DNA of 38,063 nucleotides from a virus (lineage: Duplodnaviria > Caudoviricetes). Shown piece after piece: positions 19,556 to 26,212 of the stretch. The notes beneath the pieces are model-generated. The model saw only the letters and a program-made list of their open reading frames with translations, ran no database searches and was not told where the DNA came from. The stretch lies in IMG/VR virus record IMGVR_UViG_3300030372_004293, positions 1 through 38,063 of that record; one strand, 5' to 3'. Made by a program: the position numbers and the translations under genes. Position 1 is the first letter of the stretch. Each line of letters opens with the position of its first letter.

Positions 19556-20098
19556 ATGTCAACATATACCATTGTATCCATTGACCCCGGATGGCTGAAC
19601 ACTGGATGGGTCGCCATTCAAGACGGAAAACCGGTCGATGCCGGGGTCATCGTGAATGACAACGCACGCGCGAAGCGCCGGACCCGGACCGAGCGGACTC
19701 GAGATATTATCATCGATGTCATGGCAGTGCTTAACATGTACAAGCCAGACGTCGTTGTGTATGAGCGCAACCTAGGCAGCTTAAGCGTGCGGGCAGCAAC
19801 CGCTATGCGGGCAGCGTACACCATCGTCGTGTCTGCGCTTGCCGCTCTTGGGTATGATAACGAAAGGTGCATCGAGCTAACTCCACAGGCTGTAAGGAAA
19901 CACATAACGGGCAAAGGTAACGGCACCCCTAAGCATCTGCTTAACGAGTGGATAAGGGCGCGCCCCAACTTTAGAGACTTAACCAAGGTGCTGACGGACC
20001 AGGGTATCTGTGAATCTAAGATGGAGCACGCCCTTGATGCTGCCTTACTTGGCTACGTCGCCATGAGGATGGACGAAGTCCGACGCCTTCTTCCCTAA
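19556..20098 (+). CDS. ruvC: RuvC-like Holliday junction resolvase
   Basis: VSIDPGWLNTGW, KPDVVVYE, TPQAVRKHITGKGNG.K and EHALDAA motifs. Confidence 0.92.
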   Translation: MSTYTIVSIDPGWLNTGWVAIQDGKPVDAGVIVNDNARAKRRTRTERTRDIIIDVMAVLNMYKPDVVVYERNLGSLSVRAATAMRAAYTIVVSALAALGYDNERCIELTPQAVRKHITGKGNGTPKHLLNEWIRARPNFRDLTKVLTDQGICESKMEHALDAALLGYVAMRMDEVRRLLP

Positions 20099-20479
20099 CG
20101 CTCTAGGGTGTCCATCCTTAGCCAGCTTCTTATGCCGAAGGCGACCTATCTCTAGGACTGTTTCCTTAACGTCCCATATCTCCGGGTACTCTAGCAGCAC
20201 AAGGTATAGGTCGAACACTGACATGCCTATGTAGCCTGACAGCTTACTCCCGACAGTTGACTTGTGCAGAAGCATTGCATCTGCGAGCCTCTGTCTGCCC
20301 AGGCCAGACCTATCGCTGAACACATCCTTAAGAGTCTGCTTTACAAGGACCTCCCCTTCGGGAGACACCATCTTTAACTGTAGTTCTAACGCCTCAACCT
20401 TGCTTTCAAGGACCATCTTCTTGAGACGCTCCATGTTTAGCTCTGTTGTTAACTTATCGTTGCTCGCTGCATCTGACAT
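20045..20479 (-). CDS. Helix-turn-helix DNA-binding protein
   Basis: GRQRLADAMLLHKSTVGSKLSG resembles an XRE/CII-type HTH; N-terminal coiled coil; SD AAGGAGGT. Confidence 0.6.
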   Translation of the reverse strand: MSDAASNDKLTTELNMERLKKMVLESKVEALELQLKMVSPEGEVLVKQTLKDVFSDRSGLGRQRLADAMLLHKSTVGSKLSGYIGMSVFDLYLVLLEYPEIWDVKETVLEIGRLRHKKLAKDGHPRALGKKASDFVHPHGDVAK

Positions 20480-20490
20480 TATCTACCTCC

Positions 20491-20694
20491 TTAAGGTATT
20501 AACTTCTCTCTCTTGTGTGAGTGGAAAGCGGACGGTGATACTGGCGGGCAGTGCGAGTAATCACACTCCAGGCACCCTTCGCATATGTCGCTATCTTCAG
20601 AGGTATGGAAGCTACCTCCGCACTCTTCGCATACCTTCAGCACTGATATATCAGCCTCAGTTACTGGCTCAAATTGGTCTTCATAAAATAACAT
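20491..20694 (-). CDS. Small acidic zinc-finger-like protein
   Basis: CEECG...CEGC; likely start ATG 20694 after GGAGA. Confidence 0.6.
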   Translation of the reverse strand: MLFYEDQFEPVTEADISVLKVCEECGGSFHTSEDSDICEGCLECDYSHCPPVSPSAFHSHKREKLIP

Positions 20695-20695
20695 G

Positions 20696-20968
20696 TTAGC
20701 TGTCTCCAAGCCTGGCTAACACTGACAATAGATCGTCGTCGGACCCCTTCTCGATGCTTGCCTGTAGAGATTCAGCAAGCGCAATCATGTTGTCTGTGGA
20801 CGACTTGAACGCATGAAGGTAGTAGTCCCTGTCAATAATCAGGTTGACGTAAGCCTTGCCTATTAGCCTTAGCTTCTCTTCGACTGGTATGTTCGCCTTA
20901 ACTAGGTCGTTAAAGTATTTGAGTTCGCTATCAGAGCTGTCGCTTTTCCAGTTGCTGTCGGCTGTCAT
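20696..20968 (-). CDS. Hypothetical protein
   Basis: 90-aa ORF with SD AAGGAG. Confidence 0.7.
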   Translation of the reverse strand: MTADSNWKSDSSDSELKYFNDLVKANIPVEEKLRLIGKAYVNLIIDRDYYLHAFKSSTDNMIALAESLQASIEKGSDDDLLSVLARLGDS

Positions 20969-20999
20969 ATTATAATCTCCTTGGTTGTGCCTGTTGGCA

Positions 21000-21029
21000 T
21001 TGCCTTAATGTGACTGTGGCTGTTATGTT
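21000..21029 (+). promoter_or_regulatory. Putative sigma70 promoter with extended -10, antisense to the early operon
   Basis: TTGCCT (21000-21005), 18-nt spacer ending TGT, then TATGTT (21024-21029). Predicted +1 at about 21036 coincides with the 5' base of a long hairpin. Confidence 0.5.
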
Positions 21030-21035
21030 GCTGGC

Positions 21036-21102
21036 TGGATGGCTGGCGTGGGCGTCTCGGTTTTGCTATCTCCTTGACGGGACGCCCACTGCCGGTCATC
21101 CA
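21036..21102 (+). ncRNA. Candidate hairpin sRNA with anti-Shine-Dalgarno loop
   Basis: 24-bp stem with three G-U pairs and one bulge on the + strand; 18-nt loop GUUUUGCUAUCUCCUUGA. Confidence 0.55.
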
Positions 21103-21106
21103 CTAT

Positions 21107-21382
21107 CTAGAAAGGTATGTCGGCAGGGCTCTTGTACGGATTGCTATCGTCTGCCCACACCGTTGTCCTCACCTCCTTACCATCCCTGATAACGACAAAC
21201 TTATCCGGGTAGTTGCGGTAGATATGCGAAGGGCTGTTATAGATATACACGTTACAGTCCTTCCACTTGTTCGGCACCCCGTGTTTAAGCAGGTTGCTTT
21301 CAAGCTTGTACTCTCGAGTTAACGTACCAGGTAAGCGCTCAAGCTCGTACTCGCCCACCTTATATACGAACGCAATCATCAC
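21107..21382 (-). CDS. Hypothetical protein
   Basis: 91-aa ORF with GTGA overlap and SD GGAGGT. Confidence 0.7.
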   Translation of the reverse strand: MMIAFVYKVGEYELERLPGTLTREYKLESNLLKHGVPNKWKDCNVYIYNSPSHIYRNYPDKFVVIRDGKEVRTTVWADDSNPYKSPADIPF

Positions 21383-21696
21383 CCCACCTCCGGGTACATC
21401 TTGCCAAACGAACAGTACCGATATGTGACACCCCTGCCTGGGCAGAGACCGAGAGACACGATCACCACCCCGTTAGCCATCCTGTTATTGTGCTCCACGT
21501 ACCCACCGTAAACGCCTATCGGCACAACTACTGTGCTCTCATGCCCGAAGTCCACAAGCTCGCTTGCTTCACGGATCATCGCCGCTTCTTCAGGTGCCAG
21601 CTTAAGGCCGCCCTTCATGGCCTCGTTAAGGTCCCTGTTAAGGTCAGTGGTTCGGAACCAACCCGTCCCACTATTTGTCTTAGCTATCATCGCCAT
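21379..21696 (-). CDS. Hypothetical protein
   Basis: 105-aa ORF; SD AAGGAGG suggests the second ATG may be the start. Confidence 0.65.
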   Translation of the reverse strand: MAMIAKTNSGTGWFRTTDLNRDLNEAMKGGLKLAPEEAAMIREASELVDFGHESTVVVPIGVYGGYVEHNNRMANGVVIVSLGLCPGRGVTYRYCSFGKMYPEVG

Positions 21697-22024
21697 CCTC
21701 CTTGGCTACAACACTTCTCCAGCTTGAGTAGGGCCTTAGCCCCCTAAGTAACACGTCTTCAACGAACGCTTCGACTGCCTCTCTTGCGTCAGATAGGCTG
21801 GCGTACTCGCCACGCGGGCTATCGCTACCTGTGTAGTTAAAGGTCCCGATGCCGTCGCCATGCCTGTGGTCATAGACACGCCACACCTCATCATCACTAC
21901 CTACCCTAGCGCTCCTTGCCACACAGAACCAAGCTGTCTGTGGCTTAAGCTCACTACCTCTGGAGATACGCCACGTCACCAGGTTGTTTCTAGGATTGGC
22001 TGGGTCTTTAAGCACAGTCCACAT
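21680..22024 (-). CDS. Hypothetical protein
   Basis: 114-aa ORF with SD AAGGAGGT. Confidence 0.7.
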   Translation of the reverse strand: MWTVLKDPANPRNNLVTWRISRGSELKPQTAWFCVARSARVGSDDEVWRVYDHRHGDGIGTFNYTGSDSPRGEYASLSDAREAVEAFVEDVLLRGLRPYSSWRSVVAKEDGDDS

Positions 22025-22025
22025 G

Positions 22026-22139
22026 CTATCTACCTCCTTGGAATAAGCGCGCCACTAACGGCAGGGATACCAGGCCAAGTATCGTTAGGGCTGGACCCCA
22101 AACCATCAGCGCTAACCCTACAAATAAGTCATCATTCAT
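22026..22139 (-). CDS. Small membrane peptide (37 aa), absent from the ORF track
   Basis: MNDDLFVGLALMVWGPALTILGLVSLPLVARLFQGGR; SD AAGGAG; fills the intergenic gap. Confidence 0.7.
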   Translation of the reverse strand: MNDDLFVGLALMVWGPALTILGLVSLPLVARLFQGGR

Positions 22140-22151
22140 CGTGCTGTCTCC

Positions 22152-22421
22152 TTAGCTGTGCAGCTTACCGTCTTGAGTCACGCCATAGGTCAACACCCTA
22201 TCTGTGCCACGTATCCTAAACGCGACCATGGCGCACCCTACTGGGCAGCCCGCGATGCCGGTCCTGTCAGTACCGACGTAGATAGCGGCACCCTCGTGTT
22301 CGTACCTGTTAACTGTGCGGACTAGGGCTTCGCGCTGCTCCGCTGTTAGTGGAAGTAGATTGTCACCAGGGAACTCCGCAACTCGCTTGTCTATGCTGCT
22401 AATGGCGTCTTCAATATTCAC
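22152..22421 (-). CDS. Hypothetical protein
   Basis: 89-aa ORF with GTG start and SD AAGGAG. Confidence 0.7.
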   Translation of the reverse strand: MNIEDAISSIDKRVAEFPGDNLLPLTAEQREALVRTVNRYEHEGAAIYVGTDRTGIAGCPVGCAMVAFRIRGTDRVLTYGVTQDGKLHS

Positions 22422-22447
22422 CGTGCTATCTCCTTAGCTAGGTGGGT

Positions 22448-22492
22448 AGTGGTAGGGTAGCGCGCCACCGTGACGCGCTACCCCTGGCCACT
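22448..22492 (-). other. Intergenic RNA hairpin without U-tract
   Basis: 14-bp upper stem with two G-U pairs on the - strand, asymmetric internal loop and 5-bp lower stem. Confidence 0.6.
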
Positions 22493-22493
22493 G

Positions 22494-23126
22494 TTAGATC
22501 TCAAGAGCGGGACCGTTGCGACGCGTCGCCGGCGCTGGCGTGTGGTCCACCATGGGCGCGTCAATCTCAAGTCCACGCGCGCGACGCGCGACACGCTCCG
22601 CTGTAGCGTCCGGGTTAGCTAGCCGGTCGCGCGCCGTGGCTGGCGCGGGCTCTGGCGCGGGCTCTGGCGCGGGCGCGACGTGTCGCCGTCCTTGCTTCTC
22701 GATTGCGCCTTTGAGCATGTGTGCGACGCCCATATGTTGTTCGACCCACGGCTTGAGGTCGCCTTCAAAACCAAGCGACGCCCACGCGTCGAGGTCATCG
22801 GGTCCGAACTTGAGCACGGTCAACATGTTCTTAAACGCGGATTGCACGCGCGCGACTGCGCGGTATGCCTCGGTTTCTGGCGTCTTAGACTTCTTGGTCT
22901 TGACCTTGGCAACGGGGGCGACGACTTGCGGCGCAGTATTGCGCGCGTAGACTACGAAGGTAGGGCGCAAGTCCATGGTGATGTTATCGGCGGACACCGT
23001 GACACGTCCGCTTGCGTGTATCTCCACGGTCGCATCCTTGGGTGGCTGCTTACCTGCTAGGGATACGTGCGTGAGGATAGAGACTTCCTGACCGTTGACT
23101 AGGGTGTTATGGTCGAGTGCTTGCAT
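22494..23126 (-). CDS. Hypothetical protein with Pro/Ala/Glu linker
   Basis: 210-aa ORF with SD AAGGAG; a 12-bp tandem repeat near 22640-22674 encodes PAPEPAPEPAP. Confidence 0.7.
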   Translation of the reverse strand: MQALDHNTLVNGQEVSILTHVSLAGKQPPKDATVEIHASGRVTVSADNITMDLRPTFVVYARNTAPQVVAPVAKVKTKKSKTPETEAYRAVARVQSAFKNMLTVLKFGPDDLDAWASLGFEGDLKPWVEQHMGVAHMLKGAIEKQGRRHVAPAPEPAPEPAPATARDRLANPDATAERVARRARGLEIDAPMVDHTPAPATRRNGPALEI

Positions 23127-23155
23127 GGTGTATCTCCTTATTTATGGTGCTAGGG

Positions 23156-24178
23156 TTATGCTGCGAGGGCGCTGACGTGCTGGTACGCGCGGCGGATAGC
23201 CTTCTGACCAGGGCCATTCTGGACCGACTTCCAACGCGAGTTTGCGGCGGACACTGAGCAGCCACCCGAACGCGAGCCGCCGCTAGAATATTGTTCGTAC
23301 TCACTTACGCCACTAAGCAGCTGAAAGCCTGTCCCCGCCATGCCGAACGACTGGTGACCTTGTCCGCCTTGGATTGACTCGACTACGTTACGCCACTTGG
23401 CCACGTCATCGAAGGCGTGGTCACCACTAACGGGATAGGTAGCGCGCACAAAGTCCTGCATTTGCTTCTCGGTGTAGTAAAACGAGCCAATAGCCTGCAA
23501 AGACTCCGACATTGCTTTGACACCGTCGCGCGCAATCAAGCCTGACTGCGTCAAAGCGTGACTGATAACGGAATCCAGGTTCTTTTGGTGCTTAAGCTTG
23601 AACTCTAACGTGTGCCCCTTAGCGCTTGCTAGCAGTTGTGCGAGCATGTTGGTGCATGTAACGTCTTGACCGCACCAGAAAGCCCAAACGGACGCCATGC
23701 CCCCATGACCCCAGCGCACCATAAGCGTGTTCATAATCTCGCGACCTGGCACAGGTTCAAACGTGCTACCGAGATCTAATTGCATCCAATTCGTGAGACC
23801 GGGCTTGTTCAAGTCATCGGAAAAGATGCGCATGACCTTAGAGCCCTTGTGGGCGTCCATAACTGGCTGGAATACGCGCGCGATATCGGACTGTTGAAAC
23901 GCGTTGTACCTTTCGGATACGTTGCCGAAATGCCACCCCGTGTCACTGCGAACCTGGCACAGTCCAGCCTTGTCCTGAAGTCCAGGTTCGAAGCCATGAT
24001 CACGCAAGTCTGCTATGTGCGTGTCGAACCAAAGTCCGGCAGCTTCCATAGAAGCCTGGATATTGTGCGCTAAATCCGGGTTCAACATGTTATCGGTCGG
24101 GGTCCAGTTCATTGCATGCTCTGGCAAACAAGCACCTGTGATTCCGTTGTAGTGCTCAGAAGTGTGAATCTCAGTCAT
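23156..24178 (-). CDS. DUF932-family protein
   Basis: VRSDTG..FGNVSERY..FQ, WGHGG..S, VTCTNML and KLKH match my recollection of the DUF932 (TIGR03299) pattern. Confidence 0.8.
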   Translation of the reverse strand: MTEIHTSEHYNGITGACLPEHAMNWTPTDNMLNPDLAHNIQASMEAAGLWFDTHIADLRDHGFEPGLQDKAGLCQVRSDTGWHFGNVSERYNAFQQSDIARVFQPVMDAHKGSKVMRIFSDDLNKPGLTNWMQLDLGSTFEPVPGREIMNTLMVRWGHGGMASVWAFWCGQDVTCTNMLAQLLASAKGHTLEFKLKHQKNLDSVISHALTQSGLIARDGVKAMSESLQAIGSFYYTEKQMQDFVRATYPVSGDHAFDDVAKWRNVVESIQGGQGHQSFGMAGTGFQLLSGVSEYEQYSSGGSRSGGCSVSAANSRWKSVQNGPGQKAIRRAYQHVSALAA

Positions 24179-24215
24179 GATGTCTCCTTAGATAGTGCGA
24201 AGGCGTGCTAGTACT

Positions 24216-24257
24216 CGCCCTGCTAAGCGTGACCGATAAGTCACGCCTAGACGGGCG
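24216..24257 (-). other. Intergenic RNA hairpin without U-tract
   Basis: CGCCC-GU-CUAGGCGUGAC / GUCACGCUUAG-CA-GGGCG; the G-U pair forms only on the - strand. Confidence 0.6.
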
Positions 24258-24261
24258 CTCA

Positions 24262-24384
24262 CTAACGAGCGATGCGTGCGCGCTTAAGGCGGCGCAACTT
24301 GGACGCGCGGTTAACGCGCGCACGTTGTGCAAGTGGGGAAGCGTTACGGGCGCGCTTAGCTTGGGTCTGTTGTGCAATGGTCAT
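24262..24384 (-). CDS. Arginine-rich peptide (40 aa), absent from the ORF track
   Basis: MTIAQQTQAKRARNASPLAQRARVNRASKLRRLKRARIAR; TAATG coupling to the upstream gene and SD GGGAG. Confidence 0.7.
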   Translation of the reverse strand: MTIAQQTQAKRARNASPLAQRARVNRASKLRRLKRARIAR

Positions 24385-24590
24385 TAGTTAGCTCCCATGT
24401 TCTGGCATGTGATACTCCCACCGAATAAGGATAGGCGCTTCCAGCGTTCCACCTCAGCGTCCGCGTGGCGTAGGTCCTCAGATAGGCGCAAAACCTGTGC
24501 GCGGGACTTTTCAAGTTCAAGACGTACAACGGCCAAGTCGTTGCATACTTGCCTGAAAGCCTTGCTGCGTTCTTTGTGTGCGTCAGTCAT
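24384..24590 (-). CDS. Small coiled-coil early protein
   Basis: 68 aa; TAATG coupling; SD GGAG. Confidence 0.7.
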   Translation of the reverse strand: MTDAHKERSKAFRQVCNDLAVVRLELEKSRAQVLRLSEDLRHADAEVERWKRLSLFGGSITCQNMGAN

Positions 24591-24820
24591 TAGTTGGACT
24601 CCGTGATGCGCGCGACGTTCGCCATGATGCGTTCGAAAGTGGCAGCGCTTTCACGTATCGCATCGTCCATCTCTTGACTGGCCTTGCGCATGGTGTCATC
24701 GGACTTTCGCAAAGCCAGGCGCATATCTTGGCGCGCCTTGCTAAGGGCCAAGAATCGGCGGGATTGAAAGCGCGCCATGCGCATACGCTCATTTTCAAGT
24801 CTCATGTCAATCGGGTTCAT
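24590..24820 (-). CDS. First early gene, small helical protein
   Basis: 76 aa; leader TAAGGAGATACATATG directly after the promoter. Confidence 0.75.
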   Translation of the reverse strand: MNPIDMRLENERMRMARFQSRRFLALSKARQDMRLALRKSDDTMRKASQEMDDAIRESAATFERIMANVARITESN

Positions 24821-24847
24821 ATGTATCTCCTTAGTGAATGTGAAGAG

Positions 24848-24876
24848 ACCTTAAACCCTGACAACTCACGAGTCAA
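24848..24876 (-). promoter_or_regulatory. Sigma70-type early promoter
   Basis: TTGACT-N17-TAAGGT with AT-rich upstream DNA, just before the first early RBS. Confidence 0.75.
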
Positions 24877-24924
24877 GTACTTGTACGCATTAATCAAGAA
24901 TTAATTACCAGAGACTTCTCGCTA

Positions 24925-24941
24925 TACAAGAACCATGCCAG
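24925..24941 (-). promoter_or_regulatory. Sigma54-like -24/-12 element
   Basis: CTGGCATGGTTCTTGTA versus consensus YTGGCACGNNNNTTGCW; the -12 C is mismatched. Confidence 0.35.
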
Positions 24942-25247
24942 GAAATCCTAAGGACGCATGCCCGTCAAGGGCCTGTTTTGGTGCCTTCACGGCGTCGAGT
25001 CTCGGAAGCGATAGGAGTACCAAGCTAAGAGCCCCAAAATGGCAGGACGGGGTATAGGGCTTCGCGTGCAGCGTTCTTGCGCTGGGGTGGTTTGTCTCGT
25101 GTTGTGCGTGCTTTGACGTGTTGTGACGTGGGGTATGGGTGGGGGGTATGGTGGGGTTAGCTCCCGTGGTCCCTTGTCCGTGCAGGTAGCGCCATGGTCC
25201 CGTGTATATGCAGCGCGCCCGCGCGCGTGAGGCATGTGCTCGTGCTT

Positions 25248-25342
25248 GTCAAGCCAGGCTGCGAGCCAGGGCTACCAGGCCAGCCAGTGGGGGCGGCGAA
25301 AATTCTAGCAGGCCAGTCAAGCCAGGCTGTGAGCTAGGGCTA
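25248..25342 (+). repeat. 27-bp direct repeat pair
   Basis: 25248-25274 and 25316-25342 are 25/27 identical. Confidence 0.85.
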
Positions 25343-25496
25343 GGCTGCACAGGTAGGGCGGGGGCTAGCGTGGGCAGGTGGGGGGGAGGGGGTGATGAGA
25401 CGACGGGGTCCGCTCGCCAGGGGCCCCGTGAGAAAGGTACCCTCCCCAAACAACACCCCTCCTGAACGCTGTAGGGGGCCCCAATCTCCCAAACCC

Positions 25497-25525
25497 TTGA
25501 CAGTTACATATTAGTAATATAAGCT
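25497..25525 (+). promoter_or_regulatory. Sigma70-type rightward promoter
   Basis: TTGACA-N17-TAAGCT upstream of the late module. Confidence 0.7.
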
Positions 25526-25575
25526 TCGCTAAGCGCTAAAGAGCTAGCTCTTGGGGCAACGCGAACTTATATTAC
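25514..25575. repeat. 62-bp imperfect palindrome
   Basis: GTAATATAAG/CTTATATTAC and TTCGC/GCGAA arms around the perfect palindrome AAGAGCTAGCTCTT. Confidence 0.85.
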
Positions 25576-25623
25576 AACCTTGTGAGTGTTGTGAGTTGTT
25601 GCGCTAGTTGCCTATAGTGCTGT

Positions 25624-25833
25624 ATGTCTGTGTGTATGGTTAAGTTATTCGTATCTGATCATCTCTACAGCACGAGCACCGTAGCCAAGCGCCTTGACGT
25701 CAAGAACCAGACGTTACTCAAGTGGGTACGTACTGGGACGTTTCCGTCATCGAGTCTTCGTAAGGGCAAGAGTCTGTGGTGGTTGGGTTCGGTGTTAAAC
25801 ACATGGATACAGGAGCACTCTAATGGAGAGTGA
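25624..25833 (+). CDS. Xis/AlpA/MerR-like winged HTH protein
   Basis: LYSTSTVAKRLDVKNQTLLKWVRTGTFP...GKSLWW....LNTWI; start uncertain (25624 or 25636). Confidence 0.8.
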   Translation: MSVCMVKLFVSDHLYSTSTVAKRLDVKNQTLLKWVRTGTFPSSSLRKGKSLWWLGSVLNTWIQEHSNGE

Positions 25834-26212
25834 AGAGTCAGCCAGTTACTCTTACGTCGTTACATCTTCGAGGAACCGTCAGTGGCAGGTTGAGTTACGT
25901 GCCATCCCTACTGAGGGCGGTGTTCTAATCACGAAGGACTGTGTTGATCCGCATCATCCTGACGGCTTTGAGCGTATAGCCTTGGGTGGCATAGCGTTTG
26001 TTCCGTCTGTTGAGTCTGAGCAGGATGCGATCATTCGGGATGTCAACGAGATGGTTAAGGAGATGGTGTCTTCTGCGCCTGTTGCTGTAGACATCCAGCC
26101 TGACCTTGGGTCTATGACTCTTAAGGAGTTAAAGGCTTACGCTAAGGAGAAGGGAGTCTTTGTGGGCAACAAGAAGCGTGCTCGTTTGATTAAGGACTTG
26201 TCTAACCTCTGA
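25823..26212 (+). CDS. Hypothetical protein with C-terminal Rho-N/HeH-like domain
   Basis: DLGSMTLKELKAYAKEKGV....KKRARLI pattern; SD AGGAG. Confidence 0.65.
   Translation: MESEESASYSYVVTSSRNRQWQVELRAIPTEGGVLITKDCVDPHHPDGFERIALGGIAFVPSVESEQDAIIRDVNEMVKEMVSSAPVAVDIQPDLGSMTLKELKAYAKEKGVFVGNKKRARLIKDLSNL

Noticed and set aside
20971-20976. Perfect TATAAT on the + strand
   Set aside because: No acceptable -35 or extended -10; it is the AT-rich spacer of a minus-strand RBS.
24171-24377. 68-aa ORF from the track
   Set aside because: The 24262-24384 frame has the SD and TAATG coupling; this one runs through the hairpin and the next RBS.
24892-24904. IHF-like site AATCAAGAATTAA
   Set aside because: It mismatches the TTR element and lies downstream of the sigma54-like element; more simply an AT-rich UP region.
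25248-25342. Mini CRISPR array
   Set aside because: Only two imperfect, non-palindromic copies in low-complexity DNA, and no cas genes.
24987-25465. ORFs in the control region
   Set aside because: Low-complexity translations of skewed DNA without an RBS.
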